Below are positions 25,151 through 34,882 of a stretch of 35,922 nt of DNA, piece by piece. Made by a program: the position numbers and the translations under genes. The stretch's first letter is position 1, and each line of letters begins with the position of its first letter. The notes under the pieces were generated by a model. It had not been told where the DNA came from. It worked only from the letters and a program-made list of their open reading frames with translations, and did no database searches. Source of the stretch: Treponema sp. GTDB lineage: Bacteria; Spirochaetota; Spirochaetia; Treponematales; Breznakiellaceae. The DNA lies in the NCBI GenBank assembly GCA_031267115.1, contig JAIRZS010000345.1, positions 1-35,922 of the forward strand. Reading direction: 5' to 3'.

Positions 25151-27310
25151 TCAGCGCCTGGGGCGGTCGCGATCGCGGTCGTTTCTCGGCCGGCTGCTGC
25201 TCGGGCCTTCCCCGGCGGGATCGATTGCGTCGATATACGACAGGTTGAGCCTGCCCATCTTGTCGATTTCCTGAAGCTTTACGGGAATCTCCTGCCCTTC
25301 CTTTAGCACGTCCGTTACCTGGGCGATACGCTGCCGGGAAAGCTTGGAGATATGCACCAGCCCCTCTTTGCCGGGAAGTATTTCTACAAAGGCGCCGAAA
25401 TCCATGATCCGCTTTACCTGGCCCTGATATATCCGCCCCACCTCGGGGTCCGATACAATGCCGGTAACGGCGGTCCTGGCGTCTTCCGCGTCTTTGGAAT
25501 TTTTCCCGTAAATAGTGACTGTACCGTCGTCGTCGGTGTTGATCTTTACGCTGTACTGCTCGCAGAGGGCCTTGACGTTCTTTCCTCCGGGGCCGATAAG
25601 GGCGCCGATCTTGTCGGTATCGATACGCATTGTTACTATCTTGGGCGCGTACTCGCTTATCTCGGCGGTCGGCTTGTCGATAGTTTTATTCATGATGGAG
25701 AGAATATGGAGCCTGCCCCTCTTTGCCTGGTCCAGGGCCTTGCGCATCACCTCCGGGCTTACCCCGGCAATCTTGATGTCCATCTGAAAGCCCGTAATGC
25801 CGTCTGCCGTACCCGCGACCTTGAAGTCCATGTCGCCCAAGTGATCTTCCTCGCCTAGGATGTCCGACAGCACCGCGTAACGGTCGTCCGGCCCGCCCTT
25901 CCCCTCGGTGATAAGGCCCATAGCGATGCCGGCTACGGGCTTCTTCATGGGAACGCCGGCGTGTAGCATGGAAAGCGTGCCGCCGCAGACCGAAGCCATC
26001 GAAGAAGATCCGTTGGATTCCATGATCTCCGACACAACGCGGACAGTATAGGGGAATTCATCCTTGGAGGGAACCATGGCCTCAAGCGAGCGGCGGGCAA
26101 GATTCCCGTGGCCGATTTCCCTGCGGCCGGTCCCCATGCGCCCGACTTCGCCCACTGAATAGGGGGGGAAATTATAGTGGAGGATAAAGTTCTCCCGTTT
26201 GTCCCCCTCGATATCGTCGAAAATCTGCTCGTCAAAAACAGTCCCCAATGTAGTCGCCACCAGCGACTGTGTCTCGCCCCTGGTAAAAAGCGCCGATCCG
26301 TGGGTCCTGGGCAGTACCCCTACATCGCAGCTAATGTCCCGGATATCTTCGGTCCCCCGGCCGTCAACGCGCAGGCCCTTGTCCAGAATCGAAGACCGGA
26401 GAATATCGTACTCCATTTCCTCAAAAAGGGCGTCAAAGAGCTTTTTCTGGTTTTCATCCTCAAGCTGGGCGGCATACCGGGACGCCAGTTCCGACTTGAC
26501 CCCGGCAATGGCTTCGTGCCGTTCCATCTTGCCTTTGACAAAACAGGCGGTTTCAAGAGCGGGCCGGGCGGCGGAACGGATAGCCTCGCCGTTCTCCAGC
26601 GAATAACCCGGTTCCGCAAGGGGAAGTTTTCCCTTACCCGAGAGTTCCCGCAGTTTTTCCTGCAAGCCGCAAAGCTCGATAATCACCTTATGGGCCTTTT
26701 CGAGCGCGACAACCATCAGATCTTCGCTGACCTCCGCAGCGCCGCCTTCTACCATGGTTATTCCGTCTTTGGTTCCGGCAACTACGATTTCAAGGCGGGA
26801 TTTTTCTATTTGCGCATAAGTTGGGTTAACAACGAGCTCGTCTTCCAAAGCGCACACCCGCACTCCCGCGATAGGGCCGTTAAAGGGTATGTCCGAAATG
26901 TGAACCGCCGCGGAAGCGGCAATAATCGCCAGAATATCCGGGGGGTTTATTTGGTCGGTAGAAACGGTGGTGGGTATTACCTGGATTTCCCGGCCAAAAC
27001 TTTTTTTAAAGAGCGGCCTCATCGGCCGGTCGATGAGCCGGGAAACAAGGATTTCCTTGTCCTTGGGGCGGCCCTCTCTTTTGATAAAACCGCCGGGGAT
27101 TTTCCCTGCCGCATAGTATTTCTCGTTATAGTCCACGGTAAGCGGAACATAATCAAGGCCTTCCACAGCTTCTGCGGAAGAGCAAACCGTGGCAATTACC
27201 ACGGAACCGCCATATTGGGCAAATACCGCGCCATTGGCCTGTTTCGCGATCCTGCCGGTTTCCAGGATCAGATCCTGGCCGGCTATTTGATAATTTACTC
27301 TCTGTAACAT
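25151..27310 (-). CDS. pnp: Polyribonucleotide nucleotidyltransferase (PNPase)
   Basis: Two RNase PH domains plus KH and S1 domains: GRIAKQANGAV, DGRGTEDIRDI, HGSALFTRGETQ, GPGGKNVKAL, and GRIYQGQVKRIMDFGAFVEILPGKEGLVHIS. Confidence 0.97.
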   Translation of the reverse strand: MLQRVNYQIAGQDLILETGRIAKQANGAVFAQYGGSVVIATVCSSAEAVEGLDYVPLTVDYNEKYYAAGKIPGGFIKREGRPKDKEILVSRLIDRPMRPLFKKSFGREIQVIPTTVSTDQINPPDILAIIAASAAVHISDIPFNGPIAGVRVCALEDELVVNPTYAQIEKSRLEIVVAGTKDGITMVEGGAAEVSEDLMVVALEKAHKVIIELCGLQEKLRELSGKGKLPLAEPGYSLENGEAIRSAARPALETACFVKGKMERHEAIAGVKSELASRYAAQLEDENQKKLFDALFEEMEYDILRSSILDKGLRVDGRGTEDIRDISCDVGVLPRTHGSALFTRGETQSLVATTLGTVFDEQIFDDIEGDKRENFILHYNFPPYSVGEVGRMGTGRREIGHGNLARRSLEAMVPSKDEFPYTVRVVSEIMESNGSSSMASVCGGTLSMLHAGVPMKKPVAGIAMGLITEGKGGPDDRYAVLSDILGEEDHLGDMDFKVAGTADGITGFQMDIKIAGVSPEVMRKALDQAKRGRLHILSIMNKTIDKPTAEISEYAPKIVTMRIDTDKIGALIGPGGKNVKALCEQYSVKINTDDDGTVTIYGKNSKDAEDARTAVTGIVSDPEVGRIYQGQVKRIMDFGAFVEILPGKEGLVHISKLSRQRIAQVTDVLKEGQEIPVKLQEIDKMGRLNLSYIDAIDPAGEGPSSSRPRNDRDRDRPRR

Positions 27311-27325
27311 TTTTTCCTTTTTGCG

Positions 27326-27595
27326 TTATTTGCGCAAGCCCAATTCCTTGATTAGGGACCGGTATTTTTCAAGATTCGTCCGCTGTACATATTTCAATAT
27401 GCGGCGCCGTTTTCCTACCAGAATCAATAAACCCCGCTGGCTGGATTTGTCTTTTTTAAATTGCTTGCAGTGGCCCGTAAGCTCGTTAATCCGCTCGGTC
27501 AGCAGCGCGACCTGGACTTCCGACGCGCCGGTATCTTTCCCGTTTTTACCGAACTTTGTTACGATGGAAGTCACCTGTTCTTTGTTTAAAGCCAT
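27326..27595 (-). CDS. rpsO: 30S ribosomal protein S15
   Basis: 89 aa: TGASEVQVALLTERINELTGH...KDKSSQRGLLILVGKRRRILKY. Classical position immediately upstream of pnp (15-nt gap). Confidence 0.97.
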   Translation of the reverse strand: MALNKEQVTSIVTKFGKNGKDTGASEVQVALLTERINELTGHCKQFKKDKSSQRGLLILVGKRRRILKYVQRTNLEKYRSLIKELGLRK

Positions 27596-27697
27596 ATATC
27601 ATACTCCTTGAAAACCCGGATAACGCCCCGCGTGGGGGCAGAAGGCCCATACAAGGCCCTTAAAGCCGGTCCCAATCCCCGGCATTTTGAAACCGCT

Positions 27698-28489
27698 TTA
27701 GATAAATTCAATACGGCAGGGCGCTTCCCCTTCCCCGAGCCGGGGGACAAGGATGCCGTCTTTTGAAATAACAACAACGGCTTTTACCGCATCGGCCTTT
27801 CCCCCACCGTGCAGCAATGCTTGATAGTTCCCCGGCCCGGGCATAATACGCCGCAGCGGGGCTGTCCGGTAGAAACTGCCGTCTTCCCGGCGCTCCCCGG
27901 CAAGGGGCGAAAGATCAAACTCAACGTTTCTGCCCAAAAGCCGCGCCGCAGCGGAAAAATCCCCGGCTGCTATGGCGGTCCGTATCCGGCTTGAACTAAC
28001 CGGGCGTCCGGTCTCAAGCACCGGCGGGACTATTTCGACGGGGATTCCCATCCCGTGATAAAACGCCTTGAAACGCGCCGAGTCGGTAGCGCCCCGGTAG
28101 CCGCAGCGAAAATTGCTTCCCAGAACGACAAAGCCCGGACTAAGGCGGTCCCGCACAAGGCCAAGAAATTCCTTCCCGCTTAGTTTACTGAAATTTTCAG
28201 AAAAGTCAATCAGGACAACCCTGGCTACGGAAAGACGTTTAAAAATTGCAAGCTTCTGGTCAAGACTGAGGATATTCCCCTTGAAATCTTTTTTCCCGAG
28301 GAATTCCTTGGGATTTTTCCTGAAAGTGACGATCGTGGAAATGAATTCCGTATTTTTCGCGGTGATTCTTCTGATAAGCTCCTGGTGGCCCCGGTGGATT
28401 CCGTCGAAGGCCCCGATGCTAAGCGCGGAAACCTGGGGAGGCCTTTCCGCCGCCTCCAACGCGGGCCATTCAATTACGCGCATAGACAT
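27698..28489 (-). CDS. ribF: FAD synthetase (FMN adenylyltransferase) RibF-like, with short degenerate riboflavin-kinase half
   Basis: N-terminal nucleotidyltransferase motifs SIGAFDGIHRGHQ and VSSSRIRTAIAAGD. Only about 80 residues follow LLGR, and the GFPTAN and NxGxxPT kinase motifs are not visible. The start overlaps the truB 3' end by 20 nt. Confidence 0.82.
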   Translation of the reverse strand: MSMRVIEWPALEAAERPPQVSALSIGAFDGIHRGHQELIRRITAKNTEFISTIVTFRKNPKEFLGKKDFKGNILSLDQKLAIFKRLSVARVVLIDFSENFSKLSGKEFLGLVRDRLSPGFVVLGSNFRCGYRGATDSARFKAFYHGMGIPVEIVPPVLETGRPVSSSRIRTAIAAGDFSAAARLLGRNVEFDLSPLAGERREDGSFYRTAPLRRIMPGPGNYQALLHGGGKADAVKAVVVISKDGILVPRLGEGEAPCRIEFI

Positions 28490-29393
28490 ACCCGTAGACC
28501 CAGCGGCCGTTTTCTTGTGTGATTACCGCGATAAAATTACCGTTTTCGTCAAAAATCCCGGCGGCGTTTTCGGCCAGGCCCGATGCAGGCAATCCCGCGC
28601 CGCCGGAAAAACGCAGGCTGTCCAAAAGGGGCGTGAGAGCCGCGCCTAGGGCAAGGGAAGCGGCGGTCCTGCCGTCCGCCTCAAGAACCGGCAGTTTCAG
28701 CGCCTGAAAAACAGCGGGGCTTATGGGTTTTAGAACATCTTCGCTTAAATTTTCCGGAAGGACGGCGTCTTCAAGCCTGAAAAGGGAAATTCCTGTGCGT
28801 TTCAGATTTGAAAGATGGGCGCGGGAACCGGCTTCAAGCGCAAGGTCGCGGGCTAGCGAGCGGATATAGGCGCCCTTTGAACAGTGGACACTGATCTGGG
28901 CAAAAGGCGGGTCCCAGGAATCAAGGTCCAGACTGTAAATCGTCACCGGCCTCTTTTCAGGCTCTACCTGAACGCCGGATCGGGCCAGTTCATAGGAACG
29001 GACGCCGTTTACATGGATAGCCGAGTAAGCAGGAGGCGCCTGGAGTATTTCCCCCCGGAATTTCAGAAGGGCTTCTTCCAGGGCGTCCCGGCTTGGCGGA
29101 AGGGCTTCGGCTACGGTTTCCCCTTCCGGGTCAAGCGTAGCGGTTTCAAACCCGAAACGGATACGGGCGGAGTAATATTTGTCGCAAGAGGAAAACCAGG
29201 GGGCAAGTTTTACCGCCCGGCCGACAAGGATCAGAAGCAGGCCCGACGCGAATTTATCAAGAGTACCGGTATGCCCCACCTTGCCGGTAGAAAAAATTTT
29301 CTTTACCTGATTCAACGCCTGAAAAGAGGTAAGACCCGGCTGTTTGTCGAGCAGTACCAGCCCCGAGAAGCCCGGTTCTTTACGCTCCCTCAT
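28470..29393 (-). CDS. truB: tRNA pseudouridine(55) synthase TruB
   Basis: GLVLLDKQPGLTSFQ and the catalytic motif VGHTGTLDKFASGLLLILVG, followed by a PUA-like C-terminus. Start set at ATG 29393; the tracked 29411 is TTG. Confidence 0.92.
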   Translation of the reverse strand: MRERKEPGFSGLVLLDKQPGLTSFQALNQVKKIFSTGKVGHTGTLDKFASGLLLILVGRAVKLAPWFSSCDKYYSARIRFGFETATLDPEGETVAEALPPSRDALEEALLKFRGEILQAPPAYSAIHVNGVRSYELARSGVQVEPEKRPVTIYSLDLDSWDPPFAQISVHCSKGAYIRSLARDLALEAGSRAHLSNLKRTGISLFRLEDAVLPENLSEDVLKPISPAVFQALKLPVLEADGRTAASLALGAALTPLLDSLRFSGGAGLPASGLAENAAGIFDENGNFIAVITQENGRWVYGYVYARN

Positions 29394-29739
29394 TGCGGGA
29401 CAATTCCTCAATTTTTTTAATCAGATCAAAAGCCTCCCGGAATCCGGCGTCCTCAAAGAAGCGCAGTTTCGGCGTCTGCCGCAGGCGTATTTCCCGTGCG
29501 AGCTGCGACTGGATAAAGCCCGCCGCGCTCCGCAAGCCCGCTATGCCAGTAGAAAGAGATCCGGGGGATTTAAAACTCGATACATACACATCGGCAAAAG
29601 AAAGATCGCGGGACACATCAACCCGTGTCACCGACAGGAAACTGTCAACACGCGGATCTTTTATCTTTCTTTGCACAATGAGGGCGCCGAGCTTTTCCTG
29701 TATCAAATGCCCTACCCGCTCAATCCTGTATTCACCCAT
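29380..29739 (-). CDS. rbfA: Ribosome-binding factor A
   Basis: RIERVGHLIQEKLGALIVQRKIKDPRV...VTRVDVSRDLSFADVYV. ATG 29739 lies one nucleotide after the infB stop (TAA 29743-29741). Confidence 0.92.
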   Translation of the reverse strand: MGEYRIERVGHLIQEKLGALIVQRKIKDPRVDSFLSVTRVDVSRDLSFADVYVSSFKSPGSLSTGIAGLRSAAGFIQSQLAREIRLRQTPKLRFFEDAGFREAFDLIKKIEELSRNEGA

Positions 29740-29740
29740 T

Positions 29741-32449
29741 TTAAGCCAGTTTGCGGGCAACCTCTACGATCTCGAACACCTCAAGCTGATCCCCTACCTG
29801 GATACTGTCGAAACCGTCAATACCCAAGCCGCATTCATAGCCTGCGGCTACTTCCCGCGCGTCGTCCTTGAAACGGCGCAGGGACGCTATCTTGCCGGTA
29901 TAAATGACGATTTCTTCCCGGATGACATTAACCCTGGCGCTGCGCTTGATTGTACCGCTCAGGACATAACAGCCCGCGATAGTACCGGCCTTGGGTACTT
30001 TGAAGGTATTCCGCACCTCCGCAGTGGCGATAACTTCTTCTTTGGTGTCGGGCTTGAGCATACCTTCCATAGCCTGTTGAATCTCTTCTACCGCTTTGTA
30101 AATGACATTGTATTTGCGTATATCTACTTTTTCCTGATCCGCGAGCATTTTTGCCTTTGGCACCGGGCGCACGTTGAAACCGATAATAATGGCGTTGGAC
30201 GCGATAGCCAGATCGACATCCCCCTCGTTGATCGCGCCGGGAAGTGCCTGAATAACGTGAAGCCGCACCTCCGCGGTGGAAAGCTTTTCAAGGCTGGAAC
30301 GGAGGGCTTCCGCTGAACCTTGCACGTCGGCTTTGATAATAACCTTGAGTTCCTGAATAGCCCCTTCGTTAATCGTATCGCGGAGGTTATCCAGAGTGAT
30401 TTTCCTGATGTTCTTGGCGTCCTCAAAACGCTTGAGCTCCTGCCGTTTCGCGGAAATCCCCCTGGCTACCCTTTCATCGTCTACCACCTGGAGCGGCTCC
30501 CCGGCATTGGGGCCTCCCTCAAAGCCCAGCACTTCCACCGGCATCGAGGGCGTGGCTTCGGTAACTTTTTCCCCCCTGTCGTTAAAAAGCGCCCTTACCT
30601 TTCCGGGCCATATGCCGGCTACAAAGGAATCGCCGATATGGAGGGTCCCCCGCTCAACCAGTACCGTGGCTACAATGCCCCTGCCGTGATCGATCCGGGC
30701 CTCCAGAATTTTCCCTTCCGCGCTGTGGTTGTAATTCGCCTTTAAATCGAGAATTTCGGCCTGCAGCAGTATCGATTCTATCAGCTTGTCGATGCCTTCT
30801 TTTCTCAGGGCGGACAGTTCCACAAACATGGTCTGCCCCCCCCATTCTTCAGGAATAAGCTGGTGTTCGGAAAGCTGGGTCTTTACCCGGTCGGGATTGG
30901 CCTCCGGTTTGTCCATTTTATTCACGGCGACTATGATAGGTACATTCGCCTCTTTGGCGTGATTGATAGCCTCTACAGTCTGAGGCATGACCCCATCGTC
31001 GGCGGCGACAACCAGCACGACAATGTCGGTAACCTGGGCGCCTCTTGCCCTCATGCGGGTAAACGCCTCGTGGCCGGGTGTATCGAGGAAGGTGATGCGC
31101 CCGTGGGGTGTGTCCACCGTGTAAGCGCCTATATGCTGGGTAATGCCGCCAAATTCCCCGGCCACCACATCCGCGCTGCGGATGGCGTCGAGAAGCTTGG
31201 TCTTACCGTGGTCGACATGGCCCATCACGGTAACAACAGGGGGCCGGGGCGCCAGGGAAGCAGCGTCGTCCGCCTCGCTCTCGATTACCGTTTCCTCGTA
31301 AAGGCTTACGATCTTTACATCCGCGCCGAATTCCGAGGCCAGGATTGTGGCCGTTTCCGCGTCTATCTGCTGATTTATAGTAACCATCATGCCCATGCTC
31401 ATAAGCTTCTGTATCAGATCCGAGGCCTTGAGATTCATCTTTTTCGCGAGTTCGGACACGGATACAACTTCCATAATATCGATGGACTTGGGGACCGGAT
31501 TAATTATCGAGGTTATTTTTTTCTTGGTCTGGAGAAGTTTTTCCTCCATCTCGTGTTCTCTGTGCTGATAAACGGCCTTTTTTGCCTTGAACGTTTTTTT
31601 CGCCGGACCTTTGCCGCCATCAGCCAATGAAGTCCCAGGCGGCGGCAGATTTCCCGCACCCGGCCTGGGGCCGCCCGATCTGCCGGGAATGCCGGGGCGC
31701 GGCCTCCCCGTAAAACCGCCCGGCCTGCTGCCGGGCCCCGGAGCACCGGCCCTCCCGGCGCCGTACTGCCCGCCAAAACCGCCCGGCCTTCCGGGGCCGC
31801 CCGCGCGATCGCCGGGCCTGCCGGAAAACCCGCCGTCGTTACCGGCGCGGTTCCCCACCGGGCGGCCGCCTACCCTGCCCGCCGCCGTTGCGGGGCGCTG
31901 GGTGAAGACAGCGGCGCCCTTGCCGTCTTCCCGCACGGGCCTGGGCCCGACAAGGCGGCCCCTTACCTTGCCTGCGGCAATTGCCGGGCGCTGGGTAGGG
32001 GGCAGTGAAACGGCTTTCCGTTCCCCGGTATGCTGAGGAGGGGCGCCGCCTTCTTCCGCCGGCTTTTTTACCTGCTGTTCGGCACCGGCTGCCGGGGCGG
32101 AATCCGTCTTTGCCCTTATGTCCTGCCCGGCAGCCGCAGTCTCCGGCTCTTCACGGGGAACAGCGTCACGGACCGCGGCATCCTGGGGGCCTTTAGCGCC
32201 GCTTCTGGCGATCACTACCTTGGGCTGAGGCTTCTTTACCGGCCCCGCCTCAGGAGACGCAGGCACGGGAGATACAGGCGCGGCAGGCGCCTTCTTTTTA
32301 ACGACGATAACTTTGCGGGGTCTTTCGGGTACATTTTTGCCGTTACTGTCGGCCGCGTTCTTGCCGCCGCCGGGACTTTCGCCCTCGCCTTTTTGCCGCT
32401 TGATAAGTTCGACTTTTGGTTTCTGGGTGTTATCTAATTCCTCAGCCAT
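29741..32449 (-). CDS. infB: Translation initiation factor IF-2
   Basis: GTPase motifs [28 protein letters not shown]. Gly/Arg/Pro-rich low-complexity N-terminal third, typical of IF-2. Conserved C-terminal domains. Confidence 0.97.
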   Translation of the reverse strand: MAEELDNTQKPKVELIKRQKGEGESPGGGKNAADSNGKNVPERPRKVIVVKKKAPAAPVSPVPASPEAGPVKKPQPKVVIARSGAKGPQDAAVRDAVPREEPETAAAGQDIRAKTDSAPAAGAEQQVKKPAEEGGAPPQHTGERKAVSLPPTQRPAIAAGKVRGRLVGPRPVREDGKGAAVFTQRPATAAGRVGGRPVGNRAGNDGGFSGRPGDRAGGPGRPGGFGGQYGAGRAGAPGPGSRPGGFTGRPRPGIPGRSGGPRPGAGNLPPPGTSLADGGKGPAKKTFKAKKAVYQHREHEMEEKLLQTKKKITSIINPVPKSIDIMEVVSVSELAKKMNLKASDLIQKLMSMGMMVTINQQIDAETATILASEFGADVKIVSLYEETVIESEADDAASLAPRPPVVTVMGHVDHGKTKLLDAIRSADVVAGEFGGITQHIGAYTVDTPHGRITFLDTPGHEAFTRMRARGAQVTDIVVLVVAADDGVMPQTVEAINHAKEANVPIIVAVNKMDKPEANPDRVKTQLSEHQLIPEEWGGQTMFVELSALRKEGIDKLIESILLQAEILDLKANYNHSAEGKILEARIDHGRGIVATVLVERGTLHIGDSFVAGIWPGKVRALFNDRGEKVTEATPSMPVEVLGFEGGPNAGEPLQVVDDERVARGISAKRQELKRFEDAKNIRKITLDNLRDTINEGAIQELKVIIKADVQGSAEALRSSLEKLSTAEVRLHVIQALPGAINEGDVDLAIASNAIIIGFNVRPVPKAKMLADQEKVDIRKYNVIYKAVEEIQQAMEGMLKPDTKEEVIATAEVRNTFKVPKAGTIAGCYVLSGTIKRSARVNVIREEIVIYTGKIASLRRFKDDAREVAAGYECGLGIDGFDSIQVGDQLEVFEIVEVARKLA

Positions 32450-32480
32450 GATCCACCTTTTGTATTATGTGTGAACATCC

Positions 32481-32500
32481 AAAAACCCGAACGGGTTTTT
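32481..32500 (-). terminator. Terminator-like hairpin in the 61-nt nusA-infB spacer
   Basis: AAAAACCCG AA CGGGTTTTT: a perfect 9-bp inverted repeat with a GC core flanked by A5/T5. On the minus-strand RNA the CCCG/CGGG stem is followed by U5. Confidence 0.4.
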
Positions 32501-32510
32501 GACGCCGCCA

Positions 32511-34016
32511 TTATTCCTCATATTCAAAACTCAGCCCGACGCCGCAATTCGGGCAATTTGTCATATCCAGGGTTATTTTCGCGCCGCACTCCGGGCATTC
32601 GTATTCTTCAAGCTCCTCGGCTTCCGCATCGGCAGTTTCTCCGGAAGCGGCCCATTCAGCTTCCGCCTGCGGCGCTTCGCCCGTACCCTCTGTCGCCCCG
32701 TCACCGTCCTCGTCTTCCTCAACAATTTCCACATATTCTTCGATGATTTTTCGTAGTTCATCGAGCTGTTCCGCCGTAACCCCTTTGAGCGCGGCCATTT
32801 CGCCAGTGTCTATGGCAAGAAAATCTTCGATGTATTCTATTCCGTTTTCCAAAAGCGCGGCTGCTACAGCAGTATCCACGCCCGGAAGCTCGGAGATACG
32901 GGAAATCTCCTCCCCGTATTCGTCCGCGTCCCCGAAAAGCTCGGTCACCGCCCGCCGGGTCTCGGCGGAAATGTCCATCTCTTCAAACTGGGCGTCGGTC
33001 TTAACGTCAATATTCCAGTCTACAAGACGGTTGGCAAGCCTGACATTGAGTCCCTGCTTGCCTATAGCAAGGGAAAGCTGGGATTCGGTAACAACAGCCA
33101 GAGCCTGGTGTTTGCTTTCGTCCAGGATGATCACATCCCGCACTTCCGCAGGCGACAGGGCGTTTTTGATGAAACGCCGAGGATCGGGATCGTATTTTAA
33201 AATGTCGATTTTTTCCCCTTCAAGCTCCCGGATCACCGCCTGTATACGCACCCCTTTGAGGCCTACGCAGGCGCCGACCGGATCCACATCTTCCCGGTTG
33301 GAATAAACGGCCAGTTTGGTACGGTAGCCCGGCTCCCGGACAATCTTGTGTATCTCCACGGTTTTGTCGTATATTTCCGGAACCTCAAGTTCAAAGATCG
33401 CCCGCACGAAATCGGTATGCGTACGGGACAGCACAATTTGAAGCCCGGCAGGGATCTTGTTGACCTCGGTAATAAGCGCCTTGATGCGGTCATTCACATG
33501 GTACACCTCGCGGGGCGACTGGTATTTTTTGGGGAGTATTCCCTCGATTTTACCCAGATCGACATAAATCGTGCCGTTTCTTTCCCTTTGGTAGTAGCCT
33601 ATGATAATCTCCCCGACCTTGTCCTTGTATTCGGAGTAGAGGCTGTCTTTCTGGATTTCCCGTATGGACTGGTGGGCGGTCTGCTTGGCGCTCTGCACCG
33701 AACTTCGGTCAAAATCTTTCGGATCAACCTCGATGAGCATTTCGTCCCCGATTTCGGCTTCGGGATTCAGCTCCCGGGCCTCTTCAAGGTCTATTTCCGC
33801 AACCGGATCGTAAACCCCGTCTATTATGGTTTTTTTCGCGTAGATCGACACTTCCCGATTATCGTCGTTCCACCTGACTATGGCGTTGTCGGCGTTTCCA
33901 AACCGGCGTTTATATGCCGCGACAAGGGTGTTTTCAATGGTTCTGAGAATCAGCTCCTCCGAAATTCCCCGGTCGTGAATTAGCTGGTGAATAGCTTCCG
34001 ACATATCCGTTCCCAC
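32511..34016 (-). CDS. nusA: Transcription termination/antitermination factor NusA with acidic linker and C-terminal CxxC-x10-CxxC zinc ribbon
   Basis: N-terminal domain, S1 and two KH domains (VGACVGLKGVRIQAVIREL, AIGKQGLNVRLANRL), and one HhH-like module. Tail: EEYECPECGAKITLDMTNCPNCGV. GTG 34016 sits 8 nt downstream of AGGAGG, so I kept it over ATG 34004. Confidence 0.95.
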   Translation of the reverse strand: MGTDMSEAIHQLIHDRGISEELILRTIENTLVAAYKRRFGNADNAIVRWNDDNREVSIYAKKTIIDGVYDPVAEIDLEEARELNPEAEIGDEMLIEVDPKDFDRSSVQSAKQTAHQSIREIQKDSLYSEYKDKVGEIIIGYYQRERNGTIYVDLGKIEGILPKKYQSPREVYHVNDRIKALITEVNKIPAGLQIVLSRTHTDFVRAIFELEVPEIYDKTVEIHKIVREPGYRTKLAVYSNREDVDPVGACVGLKGVRIQAVIRELEGEKIDILKYDPDPRRFIKNALSPAEVRDVIILDESKHQALAVVTESQLSLAIGKQGLNVRLANRLVDWNIDVKTDAQFEEMDISAETRRAVTELFGDADEYGEEISRISELPGVDTAVAAALLENGIEYIEDFLAIDTGEMAALKGVTAEQLDELRKIIEEYVEIVEEDEDGDGATEGTGEAPQAEAEWAASGETADAEAEELEEYECPECGAKITLDMTNCPNCGVGLSFEYEE

Positions 34017-34047
34017 AGCTCTATCCTCCTGTCATTACGCCAGCGGA

Positions 34048-34527
34048 TCATTCCGCCGAATAATCCAGTTTTGCCTTGGCGATAATACTTAAATTCAAAT
34101 CTATCGTTTCGCCCTTCTCTTGAAGGGTGATTTTTTCCGCGCCCGCCGCCTTAAGTATACCGGCGGTCCAGTCGCCGATGTCGGTACGGTAACACCGTAC
34201 CCCCCGGCCAATATAATGGGCGAATTCGGCGCCGTCCTTGATAAGCCGGTCTACGCCCGGGGAAGAAACCTCCAGATAAATATCCTCCCCTGGAAAGGCC
34301 AGCTCCAGCCGGGGAACTATGGCGCGGTGTACCCTGGAACAATCATCTACCCCAACGGCCCCGCCCGGCAAGCCCCCCGCGCCGCCGCCTTTATAGATAA
34401 CCACCCGGACCCTTGCGGAACCTTTGTTCCCGGAAACCGCCGTTTCTACAAGGGACATGCCCAAACCCTGGATTACGGGCGCTATGGCATCAAAAACCGG
34501 GTCCGCTTCCCTGGGGGTATACCGCAC
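34048..34527 (-). CDS. rimP: Ribosome maturation factor RimP
   Basis: VIQGLGMSLVETAV..., VDDCSRVHRAIVPRLE, YLEVSSPGVDRLIK. GTG start preceded by AAGGA. Canonical position upstream of nusA. Confidence 0.9.
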   Translation of the reverse strand: MRYTPREADPVFDAIAPVIQGLGMSLVETAVSGNKGSARVRVVIYKGGGAGGLPGGAVGVDDCSRVHRAIVPRLELAFPGEDIYLEVSSPGVDRLIKDGAEFAHYIGRGVRCYRTDIGDWTAGILKAAGAEKITLQEKGETIDLNLSIIAKAKLDYSAE

Positions 34528-34794
34528 GAAACCATCCTTATTTATAACAGAATGTTTCCCGAAAACCGCAGTTTTGGGAAGACCGCAATGAACTACCTCG
34601 CCCTGAAGCTCCCTCGCGAGCCGGCGAGCGGGTTCTTAGGTATCAGATTTTTCTTCGAAAAATCTGTCGTTGGACAGGGAATTATCAATACTGCGCGGTT
34701 TCATACCCCGCAATTATGTATTTATAAAAAATTCGCCCTAAAGCCCCCCGCGAACCGGTGTGCGGGCTCTTGGGTATTACACCCGCGCTTTCCA

Positions 34795-34828
34795 ATAAAA
34801 AAGGGCCGCTCGAACGACCCTTTTTTTT
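34795..34828 (-). terminator. Intrinsic terminator (minus-strand orientation favoured)
   Basis: Minus-strand RNA: A8 GGGUCG UUCGAG CGGCCC UUUUUUAUU. The 6-bp stem includes one G.U pair; on the plus strand the same position is a C.A mismatch. Confidence 0.5.
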
Positions 34829-34853
34829 AATTGATCTACGAATGTCAACTAAT

Positions 34854-34882
34854 ATCCTAGATTTTTTTGGAGAATATGTCAA
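34854..34882 (-). promoter_or_regulatory. Sigma70-type promoter facing rimP-nusA-infB
   Basis: Minus strand: TTGACA (34882-34877), 17-nt spacer, TAGGAT (34859-34854). Confidence 0.5.

Noticed and set aside
26177-27307. 376-aa plus-strand ORF
   Set aside because: Antisense to PNPase. Same reasoning as above.
34805-34822. GGGTCGTTCGAGCGGCCC resembling a tRNA T-arm
   Set aside because: There is no acceptor, D or anticodon arm around it, the loop is 6 nt rather than the 7-nt TTCGAAT type, and it is flanked by A8/T8. It is better explained as a terminator hairpin.
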